Of a DNA stretch of 64,000 bases, positions 23,301 to 38,300 are shown in pieces. Source of the DNA: Octopus vulgaris (taxonomy: Eukaryota); contig OX597815.1 in NCBI GenBank assembly GCA_951406725.2, positions 123,070,001 through 123,134,000 of the forward strand, given 5' to 3'. The notes beneath the pieces were generated by a model that saw nothing but the letters and a program-made list of their open reading frames with translations, was not told where the DNA came from and did not search any database. Position 1 is the first letter of the stretch. Every line of letters begins with the position of its first letter. The translations under genes were made by a program, and so were the position numbers.

Positions 23301-26300
23301 ACTAATTTTGAAAGACCATAAAAAATGTCTCCCATAAAAAAAATAGCATGTGATGAACCCAGCACTTTGTCTCGTAAATGAGCAAAGATTTGACTCTTTG
23401 CAGTTGAGGAAATTCCTGATACCTGATGATATTTATTCTTCAGGCAAAGAGTTTACACTTAAAGTAGCAATGAGAGTGATTCAGACAATCAACCTGATAA
23501 AAATGATGAGGAAAGTAGTGATCTGAGTGAATAAATATGGTAGTTGAGAGATAGGCCTATTACTGTTATTCTCCTGAATTTTTTTTTTTTTTTTGTGACT
23601 CTGTCCATTAGTTTGCCTTCAATGAAGAAATATGGTAGTTGAGAGAAAGGTCTACTATTGGTATTCTCCTGGATTTTTTGTGATGCGGTCTATTAGTTTG
23701 CCTGCAATTGTTACTTGAGAGCTGTATACATAACTATTTTTTAGCTCAAGAGCCCAGGTGGAGGGTAAAGTTAGATGCAGGGACCCAGATCTGAGAGGGT
23801 TAAGTTTGGTATTTATTCTATTGGTCTCTTTTTACTGAAGCACTAAATTTCAGGGATGTAAACAAAACAACACCAGCTGTCAAGTGGTGAGAGGAACACA
23901 ACGATACATTCATATGTGCACAAACACACACACATACACACACCATGCCATATATATATGTATATGAGAGACTTCTGCACAGTTTTCATCCGTTAAATTC
24001 ATTTCTATTACTGATCAGGGTGTATAGTACAAAACACTTGCTCCAAGGTGCCAAGCAGTGGGACTGAACCTGAAACTACATGGGTGTGAAGGGAACTTAA
24101 CCACACATGCATTCATTAAAAGAGAAACAGAAAAAAAAATTACCTCTTTTACAGGTGATGGTACAAAACTTTCTCCAAGAGCTGACAATGCAAATTTGGT
24201 TACATTCCAAAGTTTATTGCAGAAGAAGCGATAACCTTGAACTCTCAAAACATCTAAATTAATGTCGCGCCCTGAAAATGATATAAAAATCTCAAATGTA
24301 ATTTTTCATTTAAGGAATTTTTCTTTGAACTTGTACATTTTTTGATAATACTCTTTCTCTGCAATATTTTCATCAAAGTAACTGTTGTATGCCTCCCCTA
24401 GCCTATAGTTTATTTTTTTTTTTTAGCCTTTCATGTTCAATAAGAACCAGTTACAATGAATGTTGTTTTAGATTCTTCCACTAAGACAAATCCATTTTAT
24501 GTCAAGACAATGGAAATTATAATAATAATATAACTATTTCTAGTTTTGGCAGTGTTTGATTGGTAACTTTATTTTATTGACCTGGAGAAGATGAAAGGCA
24601 AAATCAACTTCAACAGAATTTGAACTCAGAACATAAAGAGTGGAAAGAAATGTTGCTAAACATTTTTACCAACATGTTCCTGATTCTGCTAGCTAGTAGG
24701 AAGGAGACAAGATGATTACACTGACTCCTAGTCCTTGACTAGTACCTTACTTTATTGCCCTCAGAGGGATGAAGGGTAAAAAAAGAAACACTACAAAGAA
24801 TGTTGTCCAATGCTCTAGTGATTCTTCCAATCCACAGCACTTAGTAATAATTATAATAATAATAATAGTCATTGACTATTACATCCACTTTCCATGCTGC
24901 CATAGGTTGGATGGGTTCATCACAGTGTGATACAGTTCTTATATGAAGTTACTGCTCTCCTAGATTTTTCAGAGACTACACCTTACTCATACATTCTAAT
25001 CATGTTTCTATAACTGGATGGTCTTCTTGATACCAGCCACTTTACAGAGTGCAGTGGGTGCAAATAATCATGGCATCAGCACAAAAGGAGTTGTATCCTT
25101 GACAAGACTAAAGAGTCCTCTTGGCCCCTATATTGTCAGTTCATTCCCCAACCACTTTACAGTGTACAGATTACATTTTATTGTAGCACCAGCACTAGTG
25201 ATGTTGCCTTATATGTAGCCAGACTAAAGAACCCTCACTACTCTGCATTATCTCCATTTGGTCATGACATGACTGAGAAGGTGAATAGAAGAGACAATGA
25301 TAACAAATAGGAAACCAAAGTGAGAGGTGAAAAAAGAAGAAGAATGACAGGAGAAATAAAGAGGTAGAAATGAGAGAAGAGTAGAGGAAGGAATAATGGA
25401 AGAGAGACAGTGGTGACAGCTAAAAAAATTACAGGTAAAAAGCTTGTTGAACAGAAACACAGGATGAGCAGCAGATGGACAGCATAATGAAAGTGAGAGA
25501 CTGGTGTATGTCTATAACAAGTGATAGATAGGCGAAGAAAGGGATAGCAATAATATGTGGTAATAAGAGAAAGAGATTGGGTAATAAACAGTAATAGAGA
25601 TGGGTGACAAAGAGGGAGGGAGGGAAAAAGAAAGAAACAGAGTAATGGATACCACAGGAAACAGATGATGGGAAGAGAAAGAGAGAGATGGTTGAAAAAA
25701 AAGGGAATGATGGATAACAGCACAGAAGGGTAACAGCAGTGATTATTGGATACAGACAGATTCAAAGACCCATTCTTTGTTATACAAGCAGCATAGTACA
25801 ATGAACAGTAAGTGAGAGTTGATGAGAGAGAGAGAGAGAGTAATAGATATGAGGCAAACAGAGAGGGTGGAATGGTAGAGGGACAGACAAATACAAAGCA
25901 TAACATGAGAAATACTATGCTTTTATTCTTTTTATTGGTTTCTGTGTCCATGGGCTTATGACTAAGCCAGTACTTTTTCTGGTGCTTATTTTTGCAGGAT
26001 TTGAATTCAGAATGTAAAGGGTATGTAATTAAATACCACTAGGTATTTCTTTTTACAGACATTCCACAGATCTTAACTGTTTCATAATAAATAGAAGCAC
26101 ATAACAAATAATAATCCTGAATGAAGAATTTAAGAACATTTAAGAAACAAAATGAAATAAAAGAAATTATGGTTCCTAACCTTGAGAAGTGTATGACACA
26201 AGGGCAAACCTTAAAGCATCAGTACCACATTCAGGAATACCTTGAGGGTAATCAGCTTTCTGAAGATATAAAAAAAAGAAATGATCATGAAGATTTTAAA

Positions 26301-29300
26301 AGAAATAATTTGTAAAAATTTATTTAATCTTTTACTTGTTTAAGTTAATAGACTATGGCCATACTAGGGAATTACTTTGAAGGGTTTAGTCAAACAAATC
26401 AACTCCAGTGTTTAGGTACTTATTATAGAGGACTCTTTTGCTAAGTTACAGCAATGCAAACAAACCAACCCCGACTGTCAAGCAGTGGGTGGGACAAACA
26501 CAGACATAAAGACATGCACACATGTGACAAGCTTCTACACACCATCTACCAAATTCAGACAAAGCAATATTAGTAGTAAAAGACCCAACAGAGGGCTCGT
26601 TTTACAGGTCCAGTATTTATTATAAATGGATGTATGAAATGGACAAGCCCCATCCACTTTTCCACATTTTCAATGATTGGATGGAGTACATTTTGAAGCA
26701 GATTTTCTAAAGCTGGATACCTCTCCAGCTCCCAAATAAATAATATTTCCCTAGGCCAGACATATTCTTGCAGAATATTGGAAATGATTGGAAATGAATG
26801 ATACATGTCAGTGACATTCATTCATACACACACACAAACACAAAATATATGAAAAGAGTGGGGAGTAATCCATTTCTTTACATATTGCAGTTGTTGTTTC
26901 ACTTGTTTTAGCAATCATGGTGTAGTGTCAAAATAAAACAATTACCTGACCAGACTTGGCCTTTGAAACTTCTTTTTCCTCCAAATTACTGTCTTTCAGT
27001 CGATCATGGAGACCCTGAATTAGAAGACATTTAACTGTTAATTCACACAAGCTTTTCAGTGAAATATAAAAAATTTTAATAAAAAATAACAATCAAATAG
27101 CCAATTTGTGAATTGAATTTGAAATTTTCCTCATTTTATGTTCACTTTCAATGTTGGCATTTGTTGGACAAGTCATCAGATTCTGAGTCAGTTTTTATTC
27201 AAACTACTGTTCTCTTTGATGATTCAGAAAACCACATTTCATTTTCAAGTTTCGATTATGGTTTGGTCTTTATGACTGGATACTTGTCTCATCATCAATC
27301 ACTTTACAGAGTGGGAAAATATCAGATGAGGATATGAACTATTTATTAAGAGATTTTTTGGGGATATACTGAATAATTTTATTGGCTATAGTATTATGAT
27401 AGAATACTGATTCACAAAATTGATTATAGTACTCTTTACCAAGTCAGTCTGATGTTACAGAAATAAATCCAACTTGTAATATTTTATTATATTTTACTTT
27501 GTTAAAATCTTTCGTTCATTATATGAAAAAAATATTAAACTTAGTTTTTTGTTTAAGCTACAGGATTTCTTTACCAGTTCAAAATGAAACTATCCATACA
27601 ACTAAGACTGTAAAATCAAACATATAAAAGATTCTATATTATGATGTTTACCTGAAGACTGATTCCAGTAATAACATCCAAAGGATCAATAACATTGCCA
27701 AGAGATTTGCTCATTTTACGTCCATGAGCATCACGAACCATAGCATGAAGGTATACCTGGAAGAACAACAGGAAAAATTAAACTGATGAATGGACTATGG
27801 TTTATGTTGGCTAAATTTACTTTTGTTTTCAATAAGCTAGTCTAGGAAAGAAGGGTACCAACCCATGACTTTCACAATCTCTTTTAAACTGAAAAGATCA
27901 ATGCAGTCAATATCTTTACCTCACTGTCTGCAGAAAATACATGAGCAGGAAGGGAAATGGGGTCTGGTTTGAATGTTTAGAACAGAGAAAAATCTGTAAA
28001 AGACATCCAAAAGCCAGGAGGTGGTGCTTTATATCGGGCAGTATGTCAGAGTTACAACAACCTGATTTCAGCTGCTAAAGCGGAAATCAATTAAAAGCAT
28101 CTTTTTCAGGAAGTATGCCATGTGATTAAAGAAGTTCACTTCCCAACCATGTGCTTTCCAGATTCAGTCCCACTGCATGGCACTTCAGATAAGTGTTTTC
28201 TACTATAACCCTGGGTTAACCAAAGCCTTGTGAGTGGATTTGGTACATGGAAGATGAAAGAAGCTTTGTGTGTGTGAGAGAGAGAGAGAGATAGAGATTA
28301 GGTGGTGTGCAATGTCAGTGGGTGTTTGTGTTTCTTTGTTTTGGCATTGCATGATAGCTGCTCATTTCCAATCTTCTATAAAAACATCCCAGGCCATGGG
28401 GAAATATCACCTTGCTTGGAAACAGGTGAGGGATAGCACTGAGAAGGGCATCTGGTGATAGAAAAATCTACCACACTAAATTCCGTTTGACCCATGTAAG
28501 TATGGAAAATTGGACATTACAATGATGATAACATCTATCTATAAATGGAATCTATAACTGTTTTAGTTGAATTAAATTATGTTCTCATAGAAAACCTAAA
28601 ACAGGACATATAAAATGGATTCCACACATTTACAGACTAACCCATAACTTGGTGCAACAGAAACAATGTCCCAATAGCCACTCACTAAAAAAAATCAAGC
28701 TAATAAATATTGATTTCTAATGTCGGCACAATGGCCCAAATTTTATGTGGAGTGATATGGTTGGTGACTAACCAAGGAATGTAACTAAATATTGCAAGGA
28801 ATTTAGTCTGGTATTTAACCATTCCATAACCCTTCAAAGTACTACTAATATGACAAAAATCAAAACAATTGGACTATATTGAAGTCACTAAAACAAATTT
28901 CTTGAATTACCTCTTTGAATGGTAGTTTTCCAAGAAGTGCATTACCCATCATCACCATACGAGCAACCCAGAAGAACAAGATATCATGTCCAGTTTCCAA
29001 CAAAGTACCAGGATAATAGGCTTGGAGATCAGGTGTCTGCAAAGATAATATTCACTTAAAATTATAATTTTCAACAAAGTTTCTAATTTCATAAACAAGA
29101 TACAATGTATCAGCACTAAACATTTAAAAAAATAAACATTGATATTCTTAATAATTTTATTTCATTGAATAAAACAGTTTTTCATTTTGAGATATTACAT
29201 TTGCAACAAATTTGCAGATGCTACAGTAATCACATAGCAGTAAAAACAATATTTGCTGCTTGTTCCTGGAAGTGTGAGGGCATGAAGCCTGAGACCAGGT

Positions 29301-32300
29301 GGTGCACTGTGTTCTTAAGCAAAACACTTCATTTCATGTTGCTCCAGTCTAAACAGTTGTAAACAAGTAACCCTGCAATGGACTGGCATAATATTCAGTG
29401 GGAATATTACTATCTTGGTCACTGACACACCATGGAAACCAAGTAGCCAGCCCTATGAGTTTGAGGACTTGAAACAGTAACATGCAGAGTTTTCATACAA
29501 ATTATGCAGTTTAATGAGATTCAGATGCTTTAAGAGTTTAGAGAAAAAAAAAAACAAGTTTGTCCATTGACATAATCTAATGTGATATCCTACAGTAAAA
29601 AAGCTACATTAACAAGATTTTCTGGCAGGAAAATCATGGGTTAAAGGTAAATGTCAGTGTCAGAAGGCCACTTAAAAAGAAAACAAACTCTAAAGTAGCT
29701 ACAAAAGTTGTTAGCAAGTGGATCATTAAAAGAATGATACTGATATAAAGTGGGATTAAAAAAAAAAAAAGCATCATTAACTTAACAATTGTAAACAATT
29801 ATCTTAAATAATGAAGAAATACTAAAATAAGTATGAAAGTGAAAAGAAAAATTTTAGGTGAAATTATCTGAAATTCTTGAAGTTACTCACCTCATCTGGC
29901 CAACCAAATATGGAGAATGGGAAAATACCAGATGAAAACCAGGTGTCGAGTACATCTTCATCTAAAATGAAAAGTAATAAACATAAATACAAATGTGTAT
30001 GTGTGTATATGTGTGTGCATGCATGAAAATCATCATTTTAACATCCACTTTTCCATAGTTGTATGGGTTAGGCAGTTTTGTTAAAGCAGATTTTCTTCCT
30101 GTCATCTACCTTCACCTGTTTCCAAGCAAGTAAATATTTTGCCATGGCCAAGTATGTTTTCACTGAGAACTAGAAACAATGGGCACTGCTTATAGGACAG
30201 TGATGTTTGTTTACAACAATCACATGTCACTGCAAGGAGACACACACACACACCTGCATGCATGTATATATAAATGCATATTAGGTTAGAAAGAAAGTCC
30301 TGCTGTATTTTTGACATGATCACTTTGAAGATACTTTTTCAATACTCAGGTTTAAATAGGCATTAATTTTTACATTTTTGTGATTTTTTCCCACTTCTTT
30401 GCAGATTATTTTATATCATAGTGGTTAAATTCATATTGATTTTACCCTTTTAAAATAAGTTTAGATCAAACTCAGATGACACCACATGCAAAAGGGGATT
30501 TTTAGCAATGAAAAGGACAAAAAATGATCATTCTATTTATGGAAATGAAGCTTTAATGACTTGTCCAGTTTGACTTGGGAAATTTTTCTCATACAAACTC
30601 CCTTGATCTGGATGACCAAGGTTAGAAATCCTTATTATCATATCTATTATTATTGTTGTTGTTGTTATTATTTACCTTGTTTAAGAGAAATCTTCTCCAC
30701 AGATACATTGAAACGTTCTGCAGCATTTTGCTTAGCTTCATCTTCAGTGCGACCACTCACCCAGTACTTATCATCAGTACCCTAAAGTAGACAAACAGAG
30801 TATATAAACAAGCCAATAAAACCAAGCATAAAAAAAGTTTTCCAATGTGTGTGTGCATGTAAGAAATTATCAACACCACCTCCATCGTTTTAACATCTAC
30901 TTATCCACAAATGTGCAGGTACAATAAGCACTAAAAACATGCAGACAACAGGCTCCCTCAAATGCTCAGGTAGATCATTAGAAATAGTAGATAGCTTCTG
31001 TTATCTAGGGGAGCAAGTTAGCAGGTGGGGAGGGAGTTTTGAAAGTGTACTTGTTGAGATAAGAACAGGCTGGGCGAAGTCCAGAAAGCTTCTACCTTTG
31101 TTGGTAACAAAGGGCCTCTCTCTCAGAGTAAAAGGCAAATTGTATTATGCATGTATACATACAGCTATGTAAGACATGGGCTTTGACTACAAAGGTCTTA
31201 TGAAGGCTTGAAAGAAATGAAGCTAGCACGCTCCACTTGATGGGTGATGTAAGTGTACACACACAAATGAGCTATGAGGAAAACTGTGTATAAGAGGCAT
31301 CAGAGATTGTATGCAGGAAAGAAGACTGCACAGGTTTAGTCATGTGATGCATATGGATGAGAATAGCAGCGTAAAGAAGTGCCGAGCTCTAATTGTAGAA
31401 GGTACAATTATAAAGCGATGCCAAGACATGAAGGCATAAACACACACACATATACACGTATGTCTACAATGGGGCTATTTCAGTTTCTGTTTACCAAATC
31501 CACTCACAAAGATTTGGTTGGCCAAAATGTCACTCAATGGGACTGAACCTGAAACCAAATGGTTAGGAAGCAAACTTCTTAACCATGCAGCCATGCTGAA
31601 AAAGAAATTCATTTATCTTTTATCTTCTACTTGTTTCAGTCATTGGACTGCAGCCATACTTAGGTATTGCTGTGAAGGGTTTAGCTGAACAAATCAACCC
31701 CAGTACTTATGGGGTTTTTTTTTTTAAGTCAAGTACACATCTCATAGCCATGTCTACACCTAAGAATAAATTAAAAAACACACAGTAAAAGTATGCCTAA
31801 AAAGAAAGGAAATCAAGAGATAATTACCAAGCCTTCTGGTACATTGGGATCATTAACTGTGACAAAATAAGCTGGGATTCTATGTCCCCACCACAACTGC
31901 CGAGATATGCACCAATCCCTGAAAAATAAAAGCATGCTTATTAAATCTAGTCATTACAATGGATTAAATCTAAATTCATCATCGTTTTCCCATACTGGCA
32001 TGGGTTGGATGGTTCCACAGGAACTGGTAGGTCAGAAGACTGCACCAATCCCTGCTGTTTGCTTTGGCATGGTTTCTACAGACCAGTGCCCTTCCTAACA
32101 TCAAACACTTTACAGAATATATTGGGTGCATTTTACGTGGTACCAGCAGCAGTAAAGACACCAAGTAGCTTGCAAGACAAGACCCCTCAACTAAGGTGGG
32201 GTGTAATATTGAGGGACAACAAAGCAAACTTGTATAAAGTGGGAAATATGGCAGCCTCAGGTGGGAGAGTGTAAAAGAAGAAGGGAGAGTGAGATGGTCA

Positions 32301-35300
32301 TGACAGTGAGTGGATCAAGGATTGGAAAGGGTGGTCTCAATTAAAATCCACTCAATAAGACAAATAAGTTAATCCATAAAAAATTCAACAAGGTATTAAC
32401 TAGCAAACAGTTTCTGACAGGTACAAGGCCAGAAATTCCAAGAGAAGAGCTTAGATGATTAAAGAGATCCTAGTACTTAACTGGTATTTTATTTTATTAA
32501 CCCCAGAGGGGTGAAATGCTAAGTTGCCCAAGGCAGGATTTGAACTCAGAAAACAGAGAGAATGAACAAATGCAGTAAAGCATTTTGTCAGATAATCAAA
32601 TGATTCTGCCAACCTATTGTCCTTAATTGTTTCTAATATGGGAACAAATCTAGAATATTGTTTCTTATCTGAAAAATCTCAACATTTAATTTTCAGCTCA
32701 TCATATAAATTACTTTTACTTCAGCAGAGGCTGTTTTTGTCAAAGAGAAAGGATCGATTGAGATTTCTCTACCAATGTTTTATTTATCTTATAAACCATG
32801 GAGGTTTGAATGCAAATATTGAGGTATCAAATTAACCACCAATATCTAGCCCAGCACTAACCCATTTTTACGAATGCCCTACCTAAGAACAAACAAAATA
32901 TAAACCTAAAAGGAATAATGAATATTTTTGTTTTTTGTTTTTTATGACAACTTTGACATTTTTGTTTTTTGTTTTTTATGACATACTTTGACATTGGTTA
33001 CTTACAAAAATACAGATTTGTTAGAATTTTTAGTGCATGTATTTTAAAGTTGGATAATATTCCTAAAAATAATATATTTAACTAAGTAGATTTAATCATG
33101 TAGAGTGACTTTTCTTCATCAAGAACACAATATCTGTACTAAATATAAGGTAGATTAAATAATAGGTGAACTCTAACACAAAAGTGAATGAGTTACATGG
33201 GGAACAGTAAGAAGATAAACAAATTACCTTGAATCTTCTAACCAACGATACCAAGTTTTTTTATGCATATCAGGTATAATCTTCAGATTGCCTTCTTTGA
33301 CATCCTACCAAAAAAAATGTCTTGATTCAATATCATAAAAATAATGTAAAGTTTTTAAAAGAAAAATCAAAATATATAACATTTCTTTTTTGACAGGAAA
33401 GCAATTTAACAGAGAAATGCTGAAAATAAGTGGGAAAGAGACACACACAAAGTGTATTTTATTTTAGAATTAAACAAAAAAAAACTTAAGTTAAGCAAAT
33501 ATAAATATTCTTTCCTTAGAAAGTAGCACAATTCCTGTTTATGACCCCACAAGCTGATTGTTGGATTTTGTTCCTTTCTTTCATTATTTTACAAACAATT
33601 TTGCAGTAAGAAGTACACTAAACAAAACATAAAGGAAACTGGAACTTACTTTAACAGCTTGAGCAGCCATGTCTTTGAGATCAACATACCACTGTGGTTT
33701 GAGAAGGGGTTCTATAATATCTTTTGAACGACTGAAAATTGAATAATATAAAATCGGAATTTAATTTATAAAAAACATTGTGACTTTACTTGACTATTTC
33801 AGTGTCAATGAATGTAAATATTAGTAAAAGTATTAAATGAAAGGTGAATGCTTCAGACATAAATTTTAAAAGTAAAATTTACCTTGTTTGGATTCTATTT
33901 TATTCTAGTTTCAATAGATACATTATTGGTAGCAACATAATAAAAACAAACCTGTCAGCATATTGATATATGCACATTAAATTTTTACAGCTTTATTAGC
34001 AAAGTATAATTAATGTATATTAATTGAATTGCTGTCATTACATCCAACACTAACAGTACTATCATCAACACTGCTGCCCCGCTTCTGAAATTCCTGACCT
34101 GCTTGTGATTTTCCTGCAGTTGTCAAGAAGAACATTAACCACATCAATCTCACCTGTCTTCAAAGGCATGTGAAGGCCACAAGTACACCCCTCTCTTTCA
34201 GACCAACCCAATAAAAATTTCAATTTGTTTGTGTTACCTGAATTTACTGTAACTACCAATATCACTAATTAATTTCTTCATCTCATTAGCTTCACACATT
34301 CCAATAATATTTCCAGATTGTATTGCTTGGTGTCCCTTCCCTCTAAGCTAAGAGATATCACCTATAATTTTTAATCTCCTTTGTAACTAAAATGAACCTG
34401 GATTTATGTCACATGATACCAAATCATTTTTAACTCCTCTCCTTTCCAGTCCATCAATTTGGTTTCTTTGTTAATAGAACATCTGTTTATTTCATAGTAA
34501 CATGTATTGAACAAGGAGTTATTTAAGGAGGCAAGATTTTACTTCCTGTCACCAACCCAGAGCTGTTTTTCAAGTAAGGGTTACTTTTATTCTATAGGTC
34601 TTCAAAACAGCAGGGCAACCAGTCATAATGTCAACAAGGAATTTAAACATCATTAGTTTCACTCAAATTATGATGAGCATGGGATATTAACATCTACACA
34701 TACATTCTCTCCCTCTCTCTCACACACACACATACGTGACAGCTACCTACAGTTTCTGTCCACCAAATTCATTACAAATCACTGATTGGCCCAAAGCTAT
34801 AGAAGATATTTACTAAAATTGCTATGCAGTGAGACCTAACCAAAACCATGTAGTTGTGAAGCAAGTCATGCAGTCATGCCTGTACCTTAGTTGATATAAA
34901 AGTGCAGCTTTGAAAACAGTAAAAGATATGTCCAAATTACCTGCATGTTGGTACAACCATAGGGTTGTCAACAGAACCTTCATAGAGGCCTTTATCTTTC
35001 AAAGCTTGTGTCACTGCTTTTCTAGCATCGAATCGTTTCATGCCCTAAAAATAAAAATAGCTGCTGTAAATATTTCTGCAAATCTTAACTTTCTTTGTAC
35101 GGAGATTTTGGATATATAATATTAAATCACAAGCAGTACTTAGGTAATTTTGATGCTACTTTCAGGAGGGCAAAACTCATTGGCTCAAATTTATAGACTC
35201 TAGATCAGTGGTTTCCAACCTTTTTGTGATCACATACCACTTGGAGGTTTCGTATAGCTGCCAAGTACCACATGGTTCCAGAAAAACTCAATTCAATCAG

Positions 35301-38300
35301 ATATCAATTTAATCACAAGTAGAAAACACAAATGAATTAATAACAAAGAACACAACTCAATTTAATGTGAGGGCTGAATCTGTTTCTTCTCCACCAGCTG
35401 GTCAATGCAGGACATAACCTTGCTCACTGCACATTGGAAATCATGGCTGGGCACAGCAAGATGGTTCTGGCTCTTCAACTTGGTAGCCAGTAAAGCTGAG
35501 AACCCCTACTCATCTGGACAGCTCCTGGCTCAGCAGTGGCTCAGTCTTCACAGCATTATTCTGCATGAAGTGGACATAGGCAAGTAGTTGACAGCAGTTG
35601 GAGACGTTCATTGATTCGAGAGTTAAATGGCAAACCCATACTTTGAGGCTCTCACTTCCTCAATCACTTGATCAGCAATGTCGACTGACATCTCGATATG
35701 GTGCTGTACAGTGTTGTTAGAGACGGAAACACTCTCCAACTTCACCGCAGCCTCCTCTCCAATCATGTGCCTGACCAAGATCTTTGCAGCTGGCATGACA
35801 AGAGACTCTGCAATGGTATGTGTTTTCATATTTTTGACCACCAGGAGAGCAACTTCATAGGAAGCTTTCACAATTCCTGCCCTCTTCTGGTAGATCTGGC
35901 CAGTCTTGTCTATTTGCTGCCGCTTTACATTCTTGCCAAGTTGCTGGAAGTAACTCTGATCTCGGTCCTTCTTGTCTGCGTGATTTGTCTCAAGATGACA
36001 TTTGAGCAGGCTGGGTTTCATGGCCACATTGGAAAAGGACTTCATACAGACCACACACTGCAGAAGAGCTTCTCTTCCACATTCGATTGCAATGAAGCCA
36101 TACTTTATGTAAGCAGGGTCATAGTTTCACTTCGGCATGTTATCAAATCTTGTGGAAAAGTTAAAAAAATTAATCAATCAAGAAATAAAGAAATATAAAA
36201 ATTAAAAATATACAAAATAATATCAATACTAATAAGAATAATATACACAAGAAAATTATGGGTATGAAAGTAGCAAATCGTTGCCAGATTACCTTGTGTA
36301 AAGCAGTAAACATTTTTGTGAAGAAAATATTAACTTGTAACGGCATGCCTGCCTTGCTAGCCCCCAGTTAGTCTCTACTCAGCCCAGAGAGAACAAAGAC
36401 ACACACCAGAAACCAAACAAACAACTGTCATTTATTAATGAGCACACTGCACATTTTATACGCACGTCCCCTCAAGGTCACACAGCCTCACGCAATACTC
36501 AAAGTCACATGCATCGGTTGGACATTGCTGATCATTGTACAAAGAGCAAATAAAAGGTAACCAATGGTATGCCAGTAATCAAAAAGTACTGATTACTGGT
36601 TGATTGATTTAGAAAACATTAATAATCACATGCTGGTCAAATATTGGAAACGGCACAAACTAAGAATCACATATTACCCCAAAAGTTCTCACGCATCACC
36701 TGGAAAGCCCTCACCTACCACTAGTGGTACACGTTTGGGAACCACTGCTCTAGATGTTAAAGATAACTCAAATACTTTAAACAATTGTTACAATTAATCT
36801 TGTAATATTGGCAATATTAGAAAGAATGAGAAAAAAAATGGGGACAACTGAGTTAACAATGTTGCTCAGAGCATCCACCCCCACTACAGACTTGGTTGCC
36901 TAGGTAGCAGAAGCTATCAATTACTTCTAGTTTTTCCCCTGGCATGTGATGGAATCTGTTTTCTATATATCTTCAGTGTTTATTGTCCCTGTGCATCTGC
37001 TACACACAAAAACTATCCTCCCGGTTAACCTTCCTTTGATATTGCTGCATCTTTTATGCATCCATAGTTTACAGTGGGTACATCTTATAGAGTTTCTACC
37101 TACACCTTTTCTACAGATCAAGCAGGGTCATCTGCCTGAAGAGGTTTGTGATATGTCTGCCTTCCTACTTACTAGGACTTTGGTTTTTGCTAGGTTAACT
37201 CTAAGGCCCTTTGATTCTAGACCTTGCTTCCACACCCTAAACTTCATCTCTAATTCTGGTAGTGACTCAGCTATTAGAGCAAGGTCATCAGCATAGCAGA
37301 GCTCTTAGGGGCAGCCAATCTTGAATTCTTCTGTTACTGCCTGGAGGACTATGATGAATAAGTGGGGGGCCAAGTGTGAACCCCACCCCCACTTCTACTC
37401 AGAATTCTTCACTATACTCATTGCCAATCCTCACATTACTGACAGCATCCCTGTACAGGGCTTGTACAGTTTTTACCAACTACTCATCTATCCCTAATTT
37501 CCATATTGACCACCAGATAAGGAATTGGAGGACCCTGTCAAAGGCTTTCTCCAAGTCAACAAAAGTCGAGTACAGAGGTTTATCTTTGGCCAGGTATTTC
37601 TCATACAGTTGTCTTACCAGAAATATAGCATCAGTGGTGCTTCTACCTGGCACAAAACCAAACTGCATCTCTACCTAATTAGTTGGGCATGACCCTCTCC
37701 GTAACTTTCATCATCTGATACCCCTGTAGCTATTTCTATCTAAAGCATTCTTTTTACCTTTGTAAAGGTGCTACACCAGTCATTGGGTATGACTCCTTCG
37801 TGAACTACTTGATTTACGATGTGGGTGACTAGACCATAACCCACACCACCAGATATTTTAAGCATCTCAGCAGTGATTCCTGATGGGGCAGGTACTTTCC
37901 CATCTTCATATCCTTAATTGCTTTATCTACCAGGGTACCAGACTCTCCTCCTCCCATTCATTCTCCATGTTCAGCAGTCTTTCATAATGGCATTTCCAAG
38001 CCTCTTTCTTTGCAGTGTTACACATTATACATATGTATACATACTCACTCACAATGGGCTTCATGCAGTCTGAACAAATTCTCTCACATGGCATTGGTCA
38101 GCACAGGACTATAATAGAAGACACTTACCCAAGATGCTGTACAGTGTTCCTAAACTTGAAACCATGTGGCTGTGAAGAAAACTCTTTAACAACTATGTCT
38201 GTGTTTGTAATATAAACCATATCATAAAGAAATTAAAAGATAAGAAAATATCTTACTGAAAATTGTCCACAATCATTTGTTATGTTTCCTTCTTCGTCTA

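Noticed and set aside
23350-23530. GTGATGA...CTGA and ATGATGA...CTGA motifs
   Set aside because: Antisense to the host gene and inside TE-like sequence.
25262-25951. 229-aa ORF, the longest in the ORF track
   Set aside because: Translation of a low-complexity GA/CT-rich intronic tract (L/S/F-rich); no protein motif.
34065-34265. 66-aa minus-strand ORF in intron 11 as a possible alternative exon
   Set aside because: No ValRS similarity, flanking exons join correctly without it, and no convincing splice-site pair.
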